Source: Balneolaceae bacterium (GTDB lineage Bacteria; Bacteroidota; Rhodothermia; Balneolales; Balneolaceae). From it: 55,145 nucleotides of DNA. Shown here piece by piece: positions 9,097-17,477 of the stretch; the stretch's first letter is position 1, and each line of letters starts with the position of its first letter. The notes under the pieces were generated by a model that searched no databases, was not told the origin of the DNA, and was given only the letters and a program-made list of their open reading frames with translations. Position numbers and translations under genes: made by a program. The stretch is taken from contig SLOU01000023.1 in assembly GCA_007132385.1 (NCBI GenBank), positions 1-55,145 of the forward strand, written 5' to 3'.

Positions 9097-10878
9097 TTAA
9101 ACACTGTTTTCAATGCTTTTCTTCAATCGGATATGCAATTCATCCAATTGTGACTGATCCACGCGGTCCGGACAGTTATCCATCAGGCTCTGAGCACGCT
9201 GATTCTTGGGGAATGCAATCACGTCCCGTAAACTTCGGGCCCCGGCCATTAACATTATCAGGCGGTCGAGTCCAAAAGCTATACCGCCATGGGGGGGGGC
9301 TCCGAATTTAAACGCATCGAGAAGATACCCGAACTTTTCCTGGGCTTCTTCTTCACCGATCCCAAGCAACCTGAACATTTTACGTTGCAAGCCGGGTTCA
9401 TGGATCCGGATCGATCCGCCACCGAGTTCATTCCCATTCAGCACAAGGTCATAAGCCCTGGCTTTTACCACTTCGGGTGTACTCTCCATTTTGTCAATAT
9501 CATCATCAACCGGTGCAGTGAACGGGTGATGCAGAGCATGAAAGCGGGCGGATTCATCGTCCCAGGTTACCAGTGGAAATTCGGTAATCCACAGAAAGTG
9601 ATCTTTCTCGGTATTGATCAAATTGTATCTTTTCCCCATCATCAGGCGCAAAATGCCCATCTGGTGGTACACCCTTGGAACAGAGCCCGCGAGAATCAGT
9701 ACCAGGTCGTCAGAGCCGGCGCCGGCTTTTTGAGCCATTTTTTCAACTGTATCCTCATCCAGGAACTTGCCTACACTGCAGTTCCGCTTTCCGCTTTCCG
9801 ATTTGATATAAATCAACCCGGCCGCCCCGGTTTGTGATTTTACTTCATCGGTAAGACGGTCGAGTGCTCCCCTTCCCATCGCACCCTGGCCTGGAACAGT
9901 AATTGCCACAACTTTCCCGCCGTCTTCAACTGTTTTGGAAAAAATCTTGAATCCGGATTTTCCCACAATCCCCGACAAGTCGGCAATCTTCATTTCAATA
10001 CGGGTATCCGGTTTATCCGATCCATAAGACTCCATCGCTTCTTTATAGCTCATCCTGGGAAACGGTATCGGCAGATCAATTCCCATATGTTCTTTCCAGA
10101 TGCGGACCATCAGTTTTTCATGGATGGCGAATACCGCTTCCTCGTCGACAAACGACATCTCTACATCGAGCTGGGTAAACTCTGGCTGGCGGTCGGCCCG
10201 CAGGTCCTCATCCCGGAAACATTTTACGATCTGGTAATAACGATCGAAACCCGAAACCATTAAAATCTGTTTGTAGGTCTGCGGACTTTGAGGAAGGGCA
10301 AAAAACTTACCGGGATTTACCCGGCTTGGCACCAGGTAGTCACGTGCGCCCTCCGGTGTACTTCTCATCAACATCGGTGTTTCTACTTCCGCAAAATCTT
10401 TCTCATGGTAGAAGTTCCGGATCGTGTGCGCCACTTTCGACCGAAGAAGCAGGTTGTCCTGCAATTTCTTTCTTCGCAAATCCAGGTAACGATAACGCAG
10501 CCGGATCTCTTCGCCGGTTTCGATATCATCCTTGATTTCGAATGGCGGCGTTTCGGCTTTGGAGTAAATCACAAGGTCAACTGCACGAACTTCGATCCTG
10601 CCGGTTTCCCTATCCGGATTGATATTTTCATTGTCCCGCTCGGTCACGCTGCCTTTGACCCCGATCACGTATTCTGATCGGAGCTGGTCGGCCTGTGCGT
10701 GAAGTTCCTTGTTTTTTTGATCAAACACGACCTGTGTTATCCCGTATCGGTCGCGCAGATCAATGAAAATGATTCCGCCAAGATCCCTGCGTACATCCAC
10801 CCATCCGTTTAGAATAACTGTTTCATCCGTATGCTGCAGGTCGAGTTCACCGCAGTTATGCGTTCTTTTCCAGCTCAT
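9097..10878 (-). CDS. aspS: Aspartyl-tRNA synthetase
   Basis: 593 aa of bacterial-type AspRS: LNGWVDVRRDLGGIIFIDLRDRYG, QSPQTYKQILM, FRDEDLRADRQPEFTQLD, GAPPHGGIAFGLDRL. Confidence 0.95.
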   Translation of the reverse strand: MSWKRTHNCGELDLQHTDETVILNGWVDVRRDLGGIIFIDLRDRYGITQVVFDQKNKELHAQADQLRSEYVIGVKGSVTERDNENINPDRETGRIEVRAVDLVIYSKAETPPFEIKDDIETGEEIRLRYRYLDLRRKKLQDNLLLRSKVAHTIRNFYHEKDFAEVETPMLMRSTPEGARDYLVPSRVNPGKFFALPQSPQTYKQILMVSGFDRYYQIVKCFRDEDLRADRQPEFTQLDVEMSFVDEEAVFAIHEKLMVRIWKEHMGIDLPIPFPRMSYKEAMESYGSDKPDTRIEMKIADLSGIVGKSGFKIFSKTVEDGGKVVAITVPGQGAMGRGALDRLTDEVKSQTGAAGLIYIKSESGKRNCSVGKFLDEDTVEKMAQKAGAGSDDLVLILAGSVPRVYHQMGILRLMMGKRYNLINTEKDHFLWITEFPLVTWDDESARFHALHHPFTAPVDDDIDKMESTPEVVKARAYDLVLNGNELGGGSIRIHEPGLQRKMFRLLGIGEEEAQEKFGYLLDAFKFGAPPHGGIAFGLDRLIMLMAGARSLRDVIAFPKNQRAQSLMDNCPDRVDQSQLDELHIRLKKSIENSV

Positions 10879-10966
10879 TAATTTTTTACTGTTTCAAGTG
10901 TTATTATTAAAGGAGATTCATCAAGGGGCAGAAAATAAACAATCTGATAACCATTCGCTTAGTGAT

Positions 10967-11410
10967 ATGTCGGAAGAAATCATTTGGATTTTCATTTTAA
11001 ACAGTACCTGCAGTTTTATTCTCACCGGGTTAATCTGGTTTGTTCAGATTGTACACTATCCGTCTCTGCCAAAATTTCATCGGGCAGATTTCAAAAAGCA
11101 CATTGGATTTCATAACAGACGCACAGCATACCTTGCTGCTCCGTTAATGCTGCTCGAACTGGTCACCAGTTTTACGCTTGCTTTGAAATCGGAAGCCTAC
11201 TTTCTTTACCACCTTGTTGGTTTGATCCTGGTCATACTCATTTGGCTTTCCACATTCTTTATCCAGGCACCGATACATTTTAAATTACGAAAAGGTTACG
11301 ATGATGAGCTGGTTAAACGGCTGACAGATGGCAACTGGCTGCGAACAATACTATGGTCTGTCAAAAGTCTGTTAGCGATGCATATCTTTTTGATTTTACT
11401 TTCAAATTAA
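10967..11410 (+). CDS. Hypothetical integral membrane protein (about 4 TM)
   Basis: The ORF track starts at 10763, but that extension overlaps the aspS 5' end. The first plausible ATG is at 10967 (MSEEIIWIFILNS...). The product has four hydrophobic helices and no family that I can name with confidence. Confidence 0.55.
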   Translation: MSEEIIWIFILNSTCSFILTGLIWFVQIVHYPSLPKFHRADFKKHIGFHNRRTAYLAAPLMLLELVTSFTLALKSEAYFLYHLVGLILVILIWLSTFFIQAPIHFKLRKGYDDELVKRLTDGNWLRTILWSVKSLLAMHIFLILLSN

Positions 11411-11495
11411 CATTCTGATCCTGATCAGTTTACATTTACACGGAATCTATTATATTAAGGCTATTCGCATTGCGTTTCATTATAGGGATACAGAC

Positions 11496-12146
11496 ATGGC
11501 TAAAGCTCAAATATTGGTTGCAGAAAGCAATGAAATCCTACTCGAAGGCATTACGATAATATTGAGCAACTCCAATTCGCTCCGCGTTGTAGACAAAGCT
11601 GTCACTGCCAAAGAGGCTGCTCAACTGTTCAAAAAACACACCCCGGATGTTTGTCTTGTTTCGGACACCCTTGAAGAACTGAATATTCACGAATTTATGC
11701 AGACAGTTTACGAGCACAACGAAGATGCCCGGGTGGTCATATTAACCAATACGATTGATGTCAACCAATTAAACCAGGCATTGAAAGCCGGAGTATCGGG
11801 ATGTTTACTGAAAACGATTGATAAGAAACAGTTATGTGAATCACTCATTTCTGCTGCCAATGGAGATAAGGTATTCAGCAAGCAGATCACCAAACTGATG
11901 GCGAGTCACTATACCAATATGACTCAAAATAATTCAACTGAGGAAAAAGCTGCTCCAATCACCAAAAGGGAATCTGAAGTACTTCAGTTGATAGTGGATG
12001 GTTATACCAGCCAGGAGATCGCTGAACTATTGTATATCAGCCCGAGAACTGTTGAAACGCACCGTTCAAACCTGCTTCATAAATTAAATCAAAAAAATAC
12101 TGCTGGTCTTGTACGATATGCCCTGGAAGAAGGGAGATTGAAGTAA
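11496..12146 (+). CDS. NarL/LuxR (GerE)-type response regulator with a non-canonical receiver acidic pocket
   Basis: 216 aa. The C-terminal GerE HTH is clear (TKRESEVLQLIVDGYTSQEIAELLYISPRTVETHRSNLLHKL). The receiver-like N-terminus has ES where DD is expected (ILVAESNE) and PDVCLVSDT at the phospho-acceptor strand. Confidence 0.8.
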   Translation: MAKAQILVAESNEILLEGITIILSNSNSLRVVDKAVTAKEAAQLFKKHTPDVCLVSDTLEELNIHEFMQTVYEHNEDARVVILTNTIDVNQLNQALKAGVSGCLLKTIDKKQLCESLISAANGDKVFSKQITKLMASHYTNMTQNNSTEEKAAPITKRESEVLQLIVDGYTSQEIAELLYISPRTVETHRSNLLHKLNQKNTAGLVRYALEEGRLK

Positions 12147-12148
12147 TT

Positions 12149-12200
12149 TGCAATTATACGTATATTCACGTATGTAAAATACGTGAATATAACTATTGCA
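12149..12200. repeat. 52-nt imperfect palindrome with a perfect 13-bp inverted-repeat core
   Basis: The core tatattcacgtat (12161-12173) pairs with atacgtgaatata (12179-12191) across a 5-nt spacer, and the outer arms tgcaat (12149-12154) and attgca (12195-12200) also pair. It starts 3 nt after the regulator stop codon. Confidence 0.7.
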
Positions 12201-12263
12201 GTGATGCCTTGATAGAATTAAGTTTTAATTGCAAATGGGGTAATAGCCGTCTGTAGATGATAT

Positions 12264-12302
12264 TTAGCAGTCATTCTTGATTGAATGACTGCTAATTTTT
12301 TT
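12264..12302 (+). terminator. Strong Rho-independent terminator
   Basis: Perfect 13-bp stem ttagcagtcattc / gaatgactgctaa with a 6-nt loop, followed by a T7 run (12296-12302). Confidence 0.8.
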
Positions 12303-12679
12303 ATATAAGTGCTTATCATTCAATTGACTACATGTTAAAAGTAGTGTTATCGTTTTCATTTCTAAAATCTTCATCATTTTCTTTTCCGTGTCCAGAAGCA
12401 GGCCCGCTTCGCGAACGGTTTTCAAAAATTTGCGCTTGGATGAACTATAAAATGCCTGAATTCCGGATTTAAAATCTCATAAAATGGCACGGCTGATTCT
12501 CCGGCAGCTGAACGACATGCAGGACTTTATCAGACCACTTTTCTCTATCCCGACGGGAAAGTTCTGACGGTGATGGTAATGTGATTGATTGATAGATGCT
12601 TGAAACTCATGGAATGGTTTTCATAATTATTTAGTTTAATATCAAATAATGCATATCCATATTAATAGAGGAGCACAGT

Positions 12680-13612
12680 ATGAAAACTCATCATAAAGGA
12701 ATTCATCACATCACGGTACTTGCCGGGGATGCTCAACGGAATGCCGAATTCTATGTAGAAACTCTTGGAATGCGATTGGTAAAAAAATCTGTAAATCAGG
12801 ATGATCCGGGTACATACCATCTGTTTTACGGGAATGCAGGCGGCACACCTGGATCCGGCCTCACGTTTTTCCCCTGGCCGATGGCACGTCAGGGTAAACC
12901 CGGATTAGGGGAAGCAGTCAAGGTCGCGCTTGCAGCTCCCTCCAACTCGCTGGAATTTTGGGCCGAACATTTTGGAGAAAAAGGAATTGACTTTGACGGC
13001 CCTTACGAGCGGTTTGGTCAGCAGGCGATCGGTTTTAAAGATCCTGACCGTCTGCAACTGGAACTGGTGTTTGATAAACAGTCTGAAGAGATACCAGGCT
13101 GGGAAAAAAGCACCGTACCTGCTGAATACAACATACGAGGCTTCCGCGGGACCACACTCCGGTTGAATGAACATGAACCCACTGCCGAGATCTTAAAAAA
13201 CGTCTTTGAATTTGATGAAACCGAACATACAGGCAACAGATGGCATTACACAACCGATGCGCCGGTCGGAGGATCGGTAATTATTGAAACGGAAGAACCT
13301 AAACCTTCAGCAAACGGGCGGGGGATTGTCCACCATGTGGCCTTTCGTGCCGCAGATGATAACGAGCTGACTGCCCTGCGTAAAAAAGTGATTGACATGG
13401 GACTTCATCCCTCGGAAGTTATAGACCGGCACTGGTTTCACTCCGTTTATTTCCGGACTCCCGGCGGGGTATTGTTTGAAATAGCAACAGATGGCCCCGG
13501 CTACGAAGTGGATGAAGATCCTGATAAACTGGGACAGAAATTAATCCTTCCACCCTGGCTCGAATCCAAAAGGGAGATGATAGAGAAAAGGTTGCCCGAG
13601 ATTCGTGTTTGA
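12680..13612 (+). CDS. VOC-family ring-cleaving (hydroquinone-type) dioxygenase, MhqA/MhqO-like
   Basis: 310 aa that closely resembles the Bacillus MhqA/YkcA family: MKTHHKGIHHIT, VNQDDPGTYHLFYGN, VHHVAFRA, YFRTPGGVLFEIATDGPGY. Confidence 0.8.
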   Translation: MKTHHKGIHHITVLAGDAQRNAEFYVETLGMRLVKKSVNQDDPGTYHLFYGNAGGTPGSGLTFFPWPMARQGKPGLGEAVKVALAAPSNSLEFWAEHFGEKGIDFDGPYERFGQQAIGFKDPDRLQLELVFDKQSEEIPGWEKSTVPAEYNIRGFRGTTLRLNEHEPTAEILKNVFEFDETEHTGNRWHYTTDAPVGGSVIIETEEPKPSANGRGIVHHVAFRAADDNELTALRKKVIDMGLHPSEVIDRHWFHSVYFRTPGGVLFEIATDGPGYEVDEDPDKLGQKLILPPWLESKREMIEKRLPEIRV

Positions 13613-13783
13613 CATATAACACTCCGAAAGGCAACTTTCATCGAAGTATACCAATCCCGGCCCCTTCAGAAGGGTACAGCCGGGTTTGGGTTCTGCGATA
13701 AACCAGGATAAAAGTACATTTTATCAGGACCTGGCATCCGCCATGGTGGACAAAGAAAAAATCACACCAACATAAAATTTTCC

Positions 13784-14134
13784 ATGAAAATCACTCGATT
13801 ATATACCGGACCGGACGATGAGTCTCATTTTGAAGACATTGAAATTGATCTTAATGATGCAGGGGATATTGGTCACCTTTCCGAACAGATGGAAGCCACT
13901 GGCATTATTTTTCGGAAAACAGGCCCCGAGTATGACTACGATTGGCACAATGCACCGCAACGTCAATATATTATCATGCTGGATGGTGCCGTGGATGTGG
14001 AAATCGGGGATGGAACCGTTCGGCGTTTTTCAACCGGTGATATATTACTGGTAGAAGACACTACTGGCCGTGGACATAAGAGCAAGTCAGTCAATAATGA
14101 ATCCCGTTTGTCCGTTTTTGTGACACTCGACTAA
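13784..14134 (+). CDS. Small cupin-domain protein
   Basis: 116 aa with a cupin-like beta-barrel pattern (WHNAPQRQYIIMLDGAVDVEIGDGTVRRFSTGDILLVEDTTGRGH). Confidence 0.6.
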   Translation: MKITRLYTGPDDESHFEDIEIDLNDAGDIGHLSEQMEATGIIFRKTGPEYDYDWHNAPQRQYIIMLDGAVDVEIGDGTVRRFSTGDILLVEDTTGRGHKSKSVNNESRLSVFVTLD

Positions 14135-14181
14135 TTAGTTCTCTAGACTCGAATAAAAAGGATAATTTCGGTTTGCAAAGA

Positions 14182-15231
14182 CTAAACAATATTACCAGCC
14201 GATCCCTTTAATACTTCTTTCATTTCAAAAGTTAGTAAGCATTTAAACCCAGTTTCTGAGTTTCCGATGTGGAGATCTGCATGCAACTGATTGCTTAATA
14301 TTTTAATGAGAGTAATACCCAGTGATTGAGTCTTCGAGAAATTAAAATCTTCAGGCACCCCTATTCCATCATCTTCAACGGATAAGTAAATATCGCCATC
14401 TTGACGGGTAAGTGTGACATAAATAGTTCCTTGTTCCCGGTCAGGAAAAGCATATTCCAGTGAGTTGGAAATCAATTCATTCAATATTAACCCACAAGGA
14501 ATGGCCTGGTTAATATTCAAGGCAATATCGTCGATATTCAATGTGAATTGAGGGTTAAATCTCTCTGTTTGTATCGTTTTTTGAATAGCTGAAATAAATT
14601 CTTCGACATAGCCTTTGAAAGAAATTTTTGATAATGATTCAGATTGATAAAGCATTTCGTGGATTTTCGCCATGGACTTAATTCTCAATTGACTGCTGCG
14701 AACAAACCTTTTTGTTGTTTTACCGTTACCCTGATAAAGTTCCAGCTCAAGCAGTCCGGAAATAACTGCAAGGTTATTTTTTACCCGATGGTGAATCTCC
14801 ATAAGTAGAGTCTCTTTTTCCCGCAGGGATATTTTAATGAACTCTTGATCTTGTTTCTCTTCTGTGATGTCCCGTTTGATCCCCACCCAATATTTGTCGT
14901 CTGAGGTATCGTTATTAATCGGAAAAATGGAAATGCTGCTCCAGAACTTATCACCGTTCTTCTTGTAATTGATCAGTTGTGCATGGCCGGGCTGGTTGGA
15001 CTGTAAGGCATTTCTTAATTTGTCCAGTTCTTTTTTGTCTGATTCCGACCCCTGCAGGATTTTAGGAGATTTTCCTATCACCTCTTCTTTTGAATATCCC
15101 GTCATCTTTTCGTATGCTTCATTTACGAAAATAATAGTTTCTTTCTCAGAGGCCCCTTGTGCAGGTGCATCCGTAACGACTACTGCATCCGTGGCATATT
15201 CTACGATTTTCTGAAAAACAGATTTATCCAT
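14182..15231 (-). CDS. Cytoplasmic sensor histidine kinase: LOV-like PAS domain (no adduct Cys) plus HisKA_2 and HATPase_c
   Basis: 349 aa. The PAS/LOV-like N-terminus is VVVTDA..IIFVNEAYEKMTGYSKEEVIGKSPKILQG..LINYKKNGDKFW. The H-box is EIHHRVKNNLAVISGLLELE and the ATPase motifs are NELISNSLEYAF and VEDDGIGVP. No TM segment. Confidence 0.85.
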   Translation of the reverse strand: MDKSVFQKIVEYATDAVVVTDAPAQGASEKETIIFVNEAYEKMTGYSKEEVIGKSPKILQGSESDKKELDKLRNALQSNQPGHAQLINYKKNGDKFWSSISIFPINNDTSDDKYWVGIKRDITEEKQDQEFIKISLREKETLLMEIHHRVKNNLAVISGLLELELYQGNGKTTKRFVRSSQLRIKSMAKIHEMLYQSESLSKISFKGYVEEFISAIQKTIQTERFNPQFTLNIDDIALNINQAIPCGLILNELISNSLEYAFPDREQGTIYVTLTRQDGDIYLSVEDDGIGVPEDFNFSKTQSLGITLIKILSNQLHADLHIGNSETGFKCLLTFEMKEVLKGSAGNIV

Positions 15232-15628
15232 AGCCCCTCACTTAATTTATTTCAGACTTTTTATCTTATGAAACATGCTCTCTCCGATTGTCTTACAGAG
15301 TATTTTTTAAAAATAGAAGGAATATTATAAAGATCATTTCCAAACAAGATAGAAAGGATCGTAATTATTCCTTTTGGTTTTGAGATTATGTAAATAGAGT
15401 TCTTGTTAAACAGTCTTTTCCGGGAAGGTTGCTTTTTTAATAATTATTATGTTTGGTTATATATTCCATAGTATTGACTCGCATTGCCAATTAGATAGTA
15501 GTCTCAAGAGGAGCAATCTCTGTTTTATTTTTACATGGGTTACAGGTAACTGTCCTGAATCCGTTTCAAATGCCCCTCAAAAAAATCAACCCCAAAGTAT
15601 TTAAATTACAATAGGGTTTTTAATTCCG

Positions 15629-15702
15629 TAGCGTGGGAGGGAGTCGAACCCTCGGCCTCCGGGTTATGAATCCGACGCTCTTACCACCTGAGCTACCACG
15701 CC
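15629..15702 (-). tRNA. tRNA with CAU anticodon (elongator Met, or Ile2 if lysidine-modified)
   Basis: The reverse complement reads GGCGTGG TA GCTC AGGTGGTAA GAGC G TCGGA TTCATAA CCCGG AGGCC GAGGG TTCGACT CCCTC CCACGCT A, which folds into a cloverleaf. It lacks the initiator features (no C1:A72, no 3 G-C pairs at the base of the anticodon stem). CCA is not encoded. Confidence 0.85.
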
Positions 15703-15979
15703 ATTTCTATTCACTGGAACAGATCGTTTTCATAAACAAAACAGACTTAAATATAACACTTTTCATTTGCAATGGTGAAGTGTTAATTAAAAAAATATTC
15801 TTTTTAATCACCCTTCCGGGAAGCCGGAAAAACCGCAAGTTTCTTATTCCCCGTTGAAAATTGATAATAAATCCATAAAACGATCTTTAACTTGAGACGA
15901 ATCAAACCTATTTTATACTGCTTTTTTAGCACTGAAGTAACTGAAGTATAAGACGGACTGAACTCAATCAAAGTAATTT

Positions 15980-17443
15980 ATGGCGAAAAAAATAACCAAT
16001 CGCAATGACGATTATTCCCAATGGTATCTTGATGTTGTCAAGCATGCAAAGCTGGCCGACCACTCTCCTGTTCGCGGTTGTATGGTGATACGTCCCAACG
16101 GTTTCGCATTGTGGGAAAATATGAAAAAAGCCCTAGATGATATGTTCAAGGAGACCGGTCATGAAAATGCTTATTTTCCCTTGTTTATCCCAAAATCGTT
16201 TCTTTCCAAGGAGGCACAGCATGTGGAAGGCTTTGCAAAGGAATGCGCTGTAGTCACACACAGCCGTCTGCGAAGCACTACCAACGGAGTTGAGGTGGAC
16301 CCGGATTCGAAGCTGGAAGAAGAACTGATCGTACGCCCCACCTCCGAAACCATTATCTGGGACGCTTACCGCGGCTGGATTCAGTCATACCGTGATCTGC
16401 CAATTCTGATCAACCAATGGGCCAATGTGGTCCGCTGGGAAATGCGGACTCGTCTATTTCTTCGAACTATGGAATTTCTATGGCAGGAAGGGCACACCGC
16501 TCACGCAACAAAGGAGGAAGCCGTGGAAGAAACCCTGCAAATGCTGAATGTGTACAAAACCTTTGCCGAAGAGTTTATGGCTATGCCGGTCAAGACCGGG
16601 GTAAAAACCGAATCGGAACGTTTCGCCGGTGCGGTAGATACCTATTGTATTGAAGCCCTCATGCAGGATGGTAAAGCCCTGCAGGCCGGAACATCCCATT
16701 TTCTGGGTCAAAATTTTGCCAAAGCGTTTGATGTCACTTTCCAGGACGACGACGGGGAACATAAACACGTTTGGGCTACGAGCTGGGGCGTTTCCACACG
16801 CCTGGTGGGAGGATTGATTATGACACATTCCGACGACAGTGGCCTGGTTCTCCCTCCCAAACTTGCCCCTGTACAGGTTGTGATTGTCCCGATTTACAGG
16901 AATGAAGATCAGCGTAAATCCGTCCTCGACTATGCTGATCCAATTTACCGGGAAATCAAGGCAGCCGGTATATCTGTGAAACTTGACGACCGGGACCAGT
17001 ATAAACCCGGATTCAAATTTGCCCAGCACGAAGCCGAAGGGATCCCTCTGCGCATTGCCGTAGGACCAAGAGACATTGAGAATAATAATTTGGAGCTGGC
17101 ACGGCGTGATACTCGTGACAAGAATATTGTCAGCCGGGAAAACATCGCCGCCAGAATTTCTGAAACCCTGGACTTGATTCAATCGGATCTGTTGGATGCT
17201 GCGAAAAAACGAACGACAGATCGAACCCGGAATACAGATTCCTACGAAGATTTTAAAGAGGAAATCGAAAAAGGTGGATTTATTTACGCTCATTGGGATG
17301 GAACCGCCGAAACCGAGGAGAAAATCAAGGATGAAACCAAAGCCACAATCAGGCTCATTCCGCTTGAAGACGGTTCTCCCGGAAAATGTATAATTTCGGG
17401 TAAACCATCTAAAAAACGGGTGCTTTTTGCCCGTTCATATTGA
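15980..17443 (+). CDS. proS: Prolyl-tRNA synthetase (archaeal/eukaryote-like short form)
   Basis: 487 aa: [52 protein letters not shown], and a C-terminal Y. Confidence 0.93.
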   Translation: MAKKITNRNDDYSQWYLDVVKHAKLADHSPVRGCMVIRPNGFALWENMKKALDDMFKETGHENAYFPLFIPKSFLSKEAQHVEGFAKECAVVTHSRLRSTTNGVEVDPDSKLEEELIVRPTSETIIWDAYRGWIQSYRDLPILINQWANVVRWEMRTRLFLRTMEFLWQEGHTAHATKEEAVEETLQMLNVYKTFAEEFMAMPVKTGVKTESERFAGAVDTYCIEALMQDGKALQAGTSHFLGQNFAKAFDVTFQDDDGEHKHVWATSWGVSTRLVGGLIMTHSDDSGLVLPPKLAPVQVVIVPIYRNEDQRKSVLDYADPIYREIKAAGISVKLDDRDQYKPGFKFAQHEAEGIPLRIAVGPRDIENNNLELARRDTRDKNIVSRENIAARISETLDLIQSDLLDAAKKRTTDRTRNTDSYEDFKEEIEKGGFIYAHWDGTAETEEKIKDETKATIRLIPLEDGSPGKCIISGKPSKKRVLFARSY

Positions 17444-17477
17444 TATACCCTCACAGCTTAGTAACCGTTCTCAAACC

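Noticed and set aside
10763-10966. N-terminal extension of the membrane-protein ORF overlapping the aspS 5' end
   Set aside because: The extension is antisense to aspS codons and reads as Arg/Ser/Cys-rich nonsense. An internal ATG at 10967 directly precedes the first TM helix.
11411-15702. Possible tRNA-Met-associated genomic islet (the region looks more AT-rich than its neighbours)
   Set aside because: There is no integrase, transposase or direct repeat of the tRNA 3' end that I could find, and the gene content is metabolic and regulatory. The composition difference was judged by eye only and not computed.
16478-17293. 271-aa ORF antisense to proS
   Set aside because: It lies entirely inside a confidently identified, full-length proS gene. 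Its translation is low-complexity with no recognisable motif. Long shadow ORFs are expected opposite highly expressed genes with biased codon usage.
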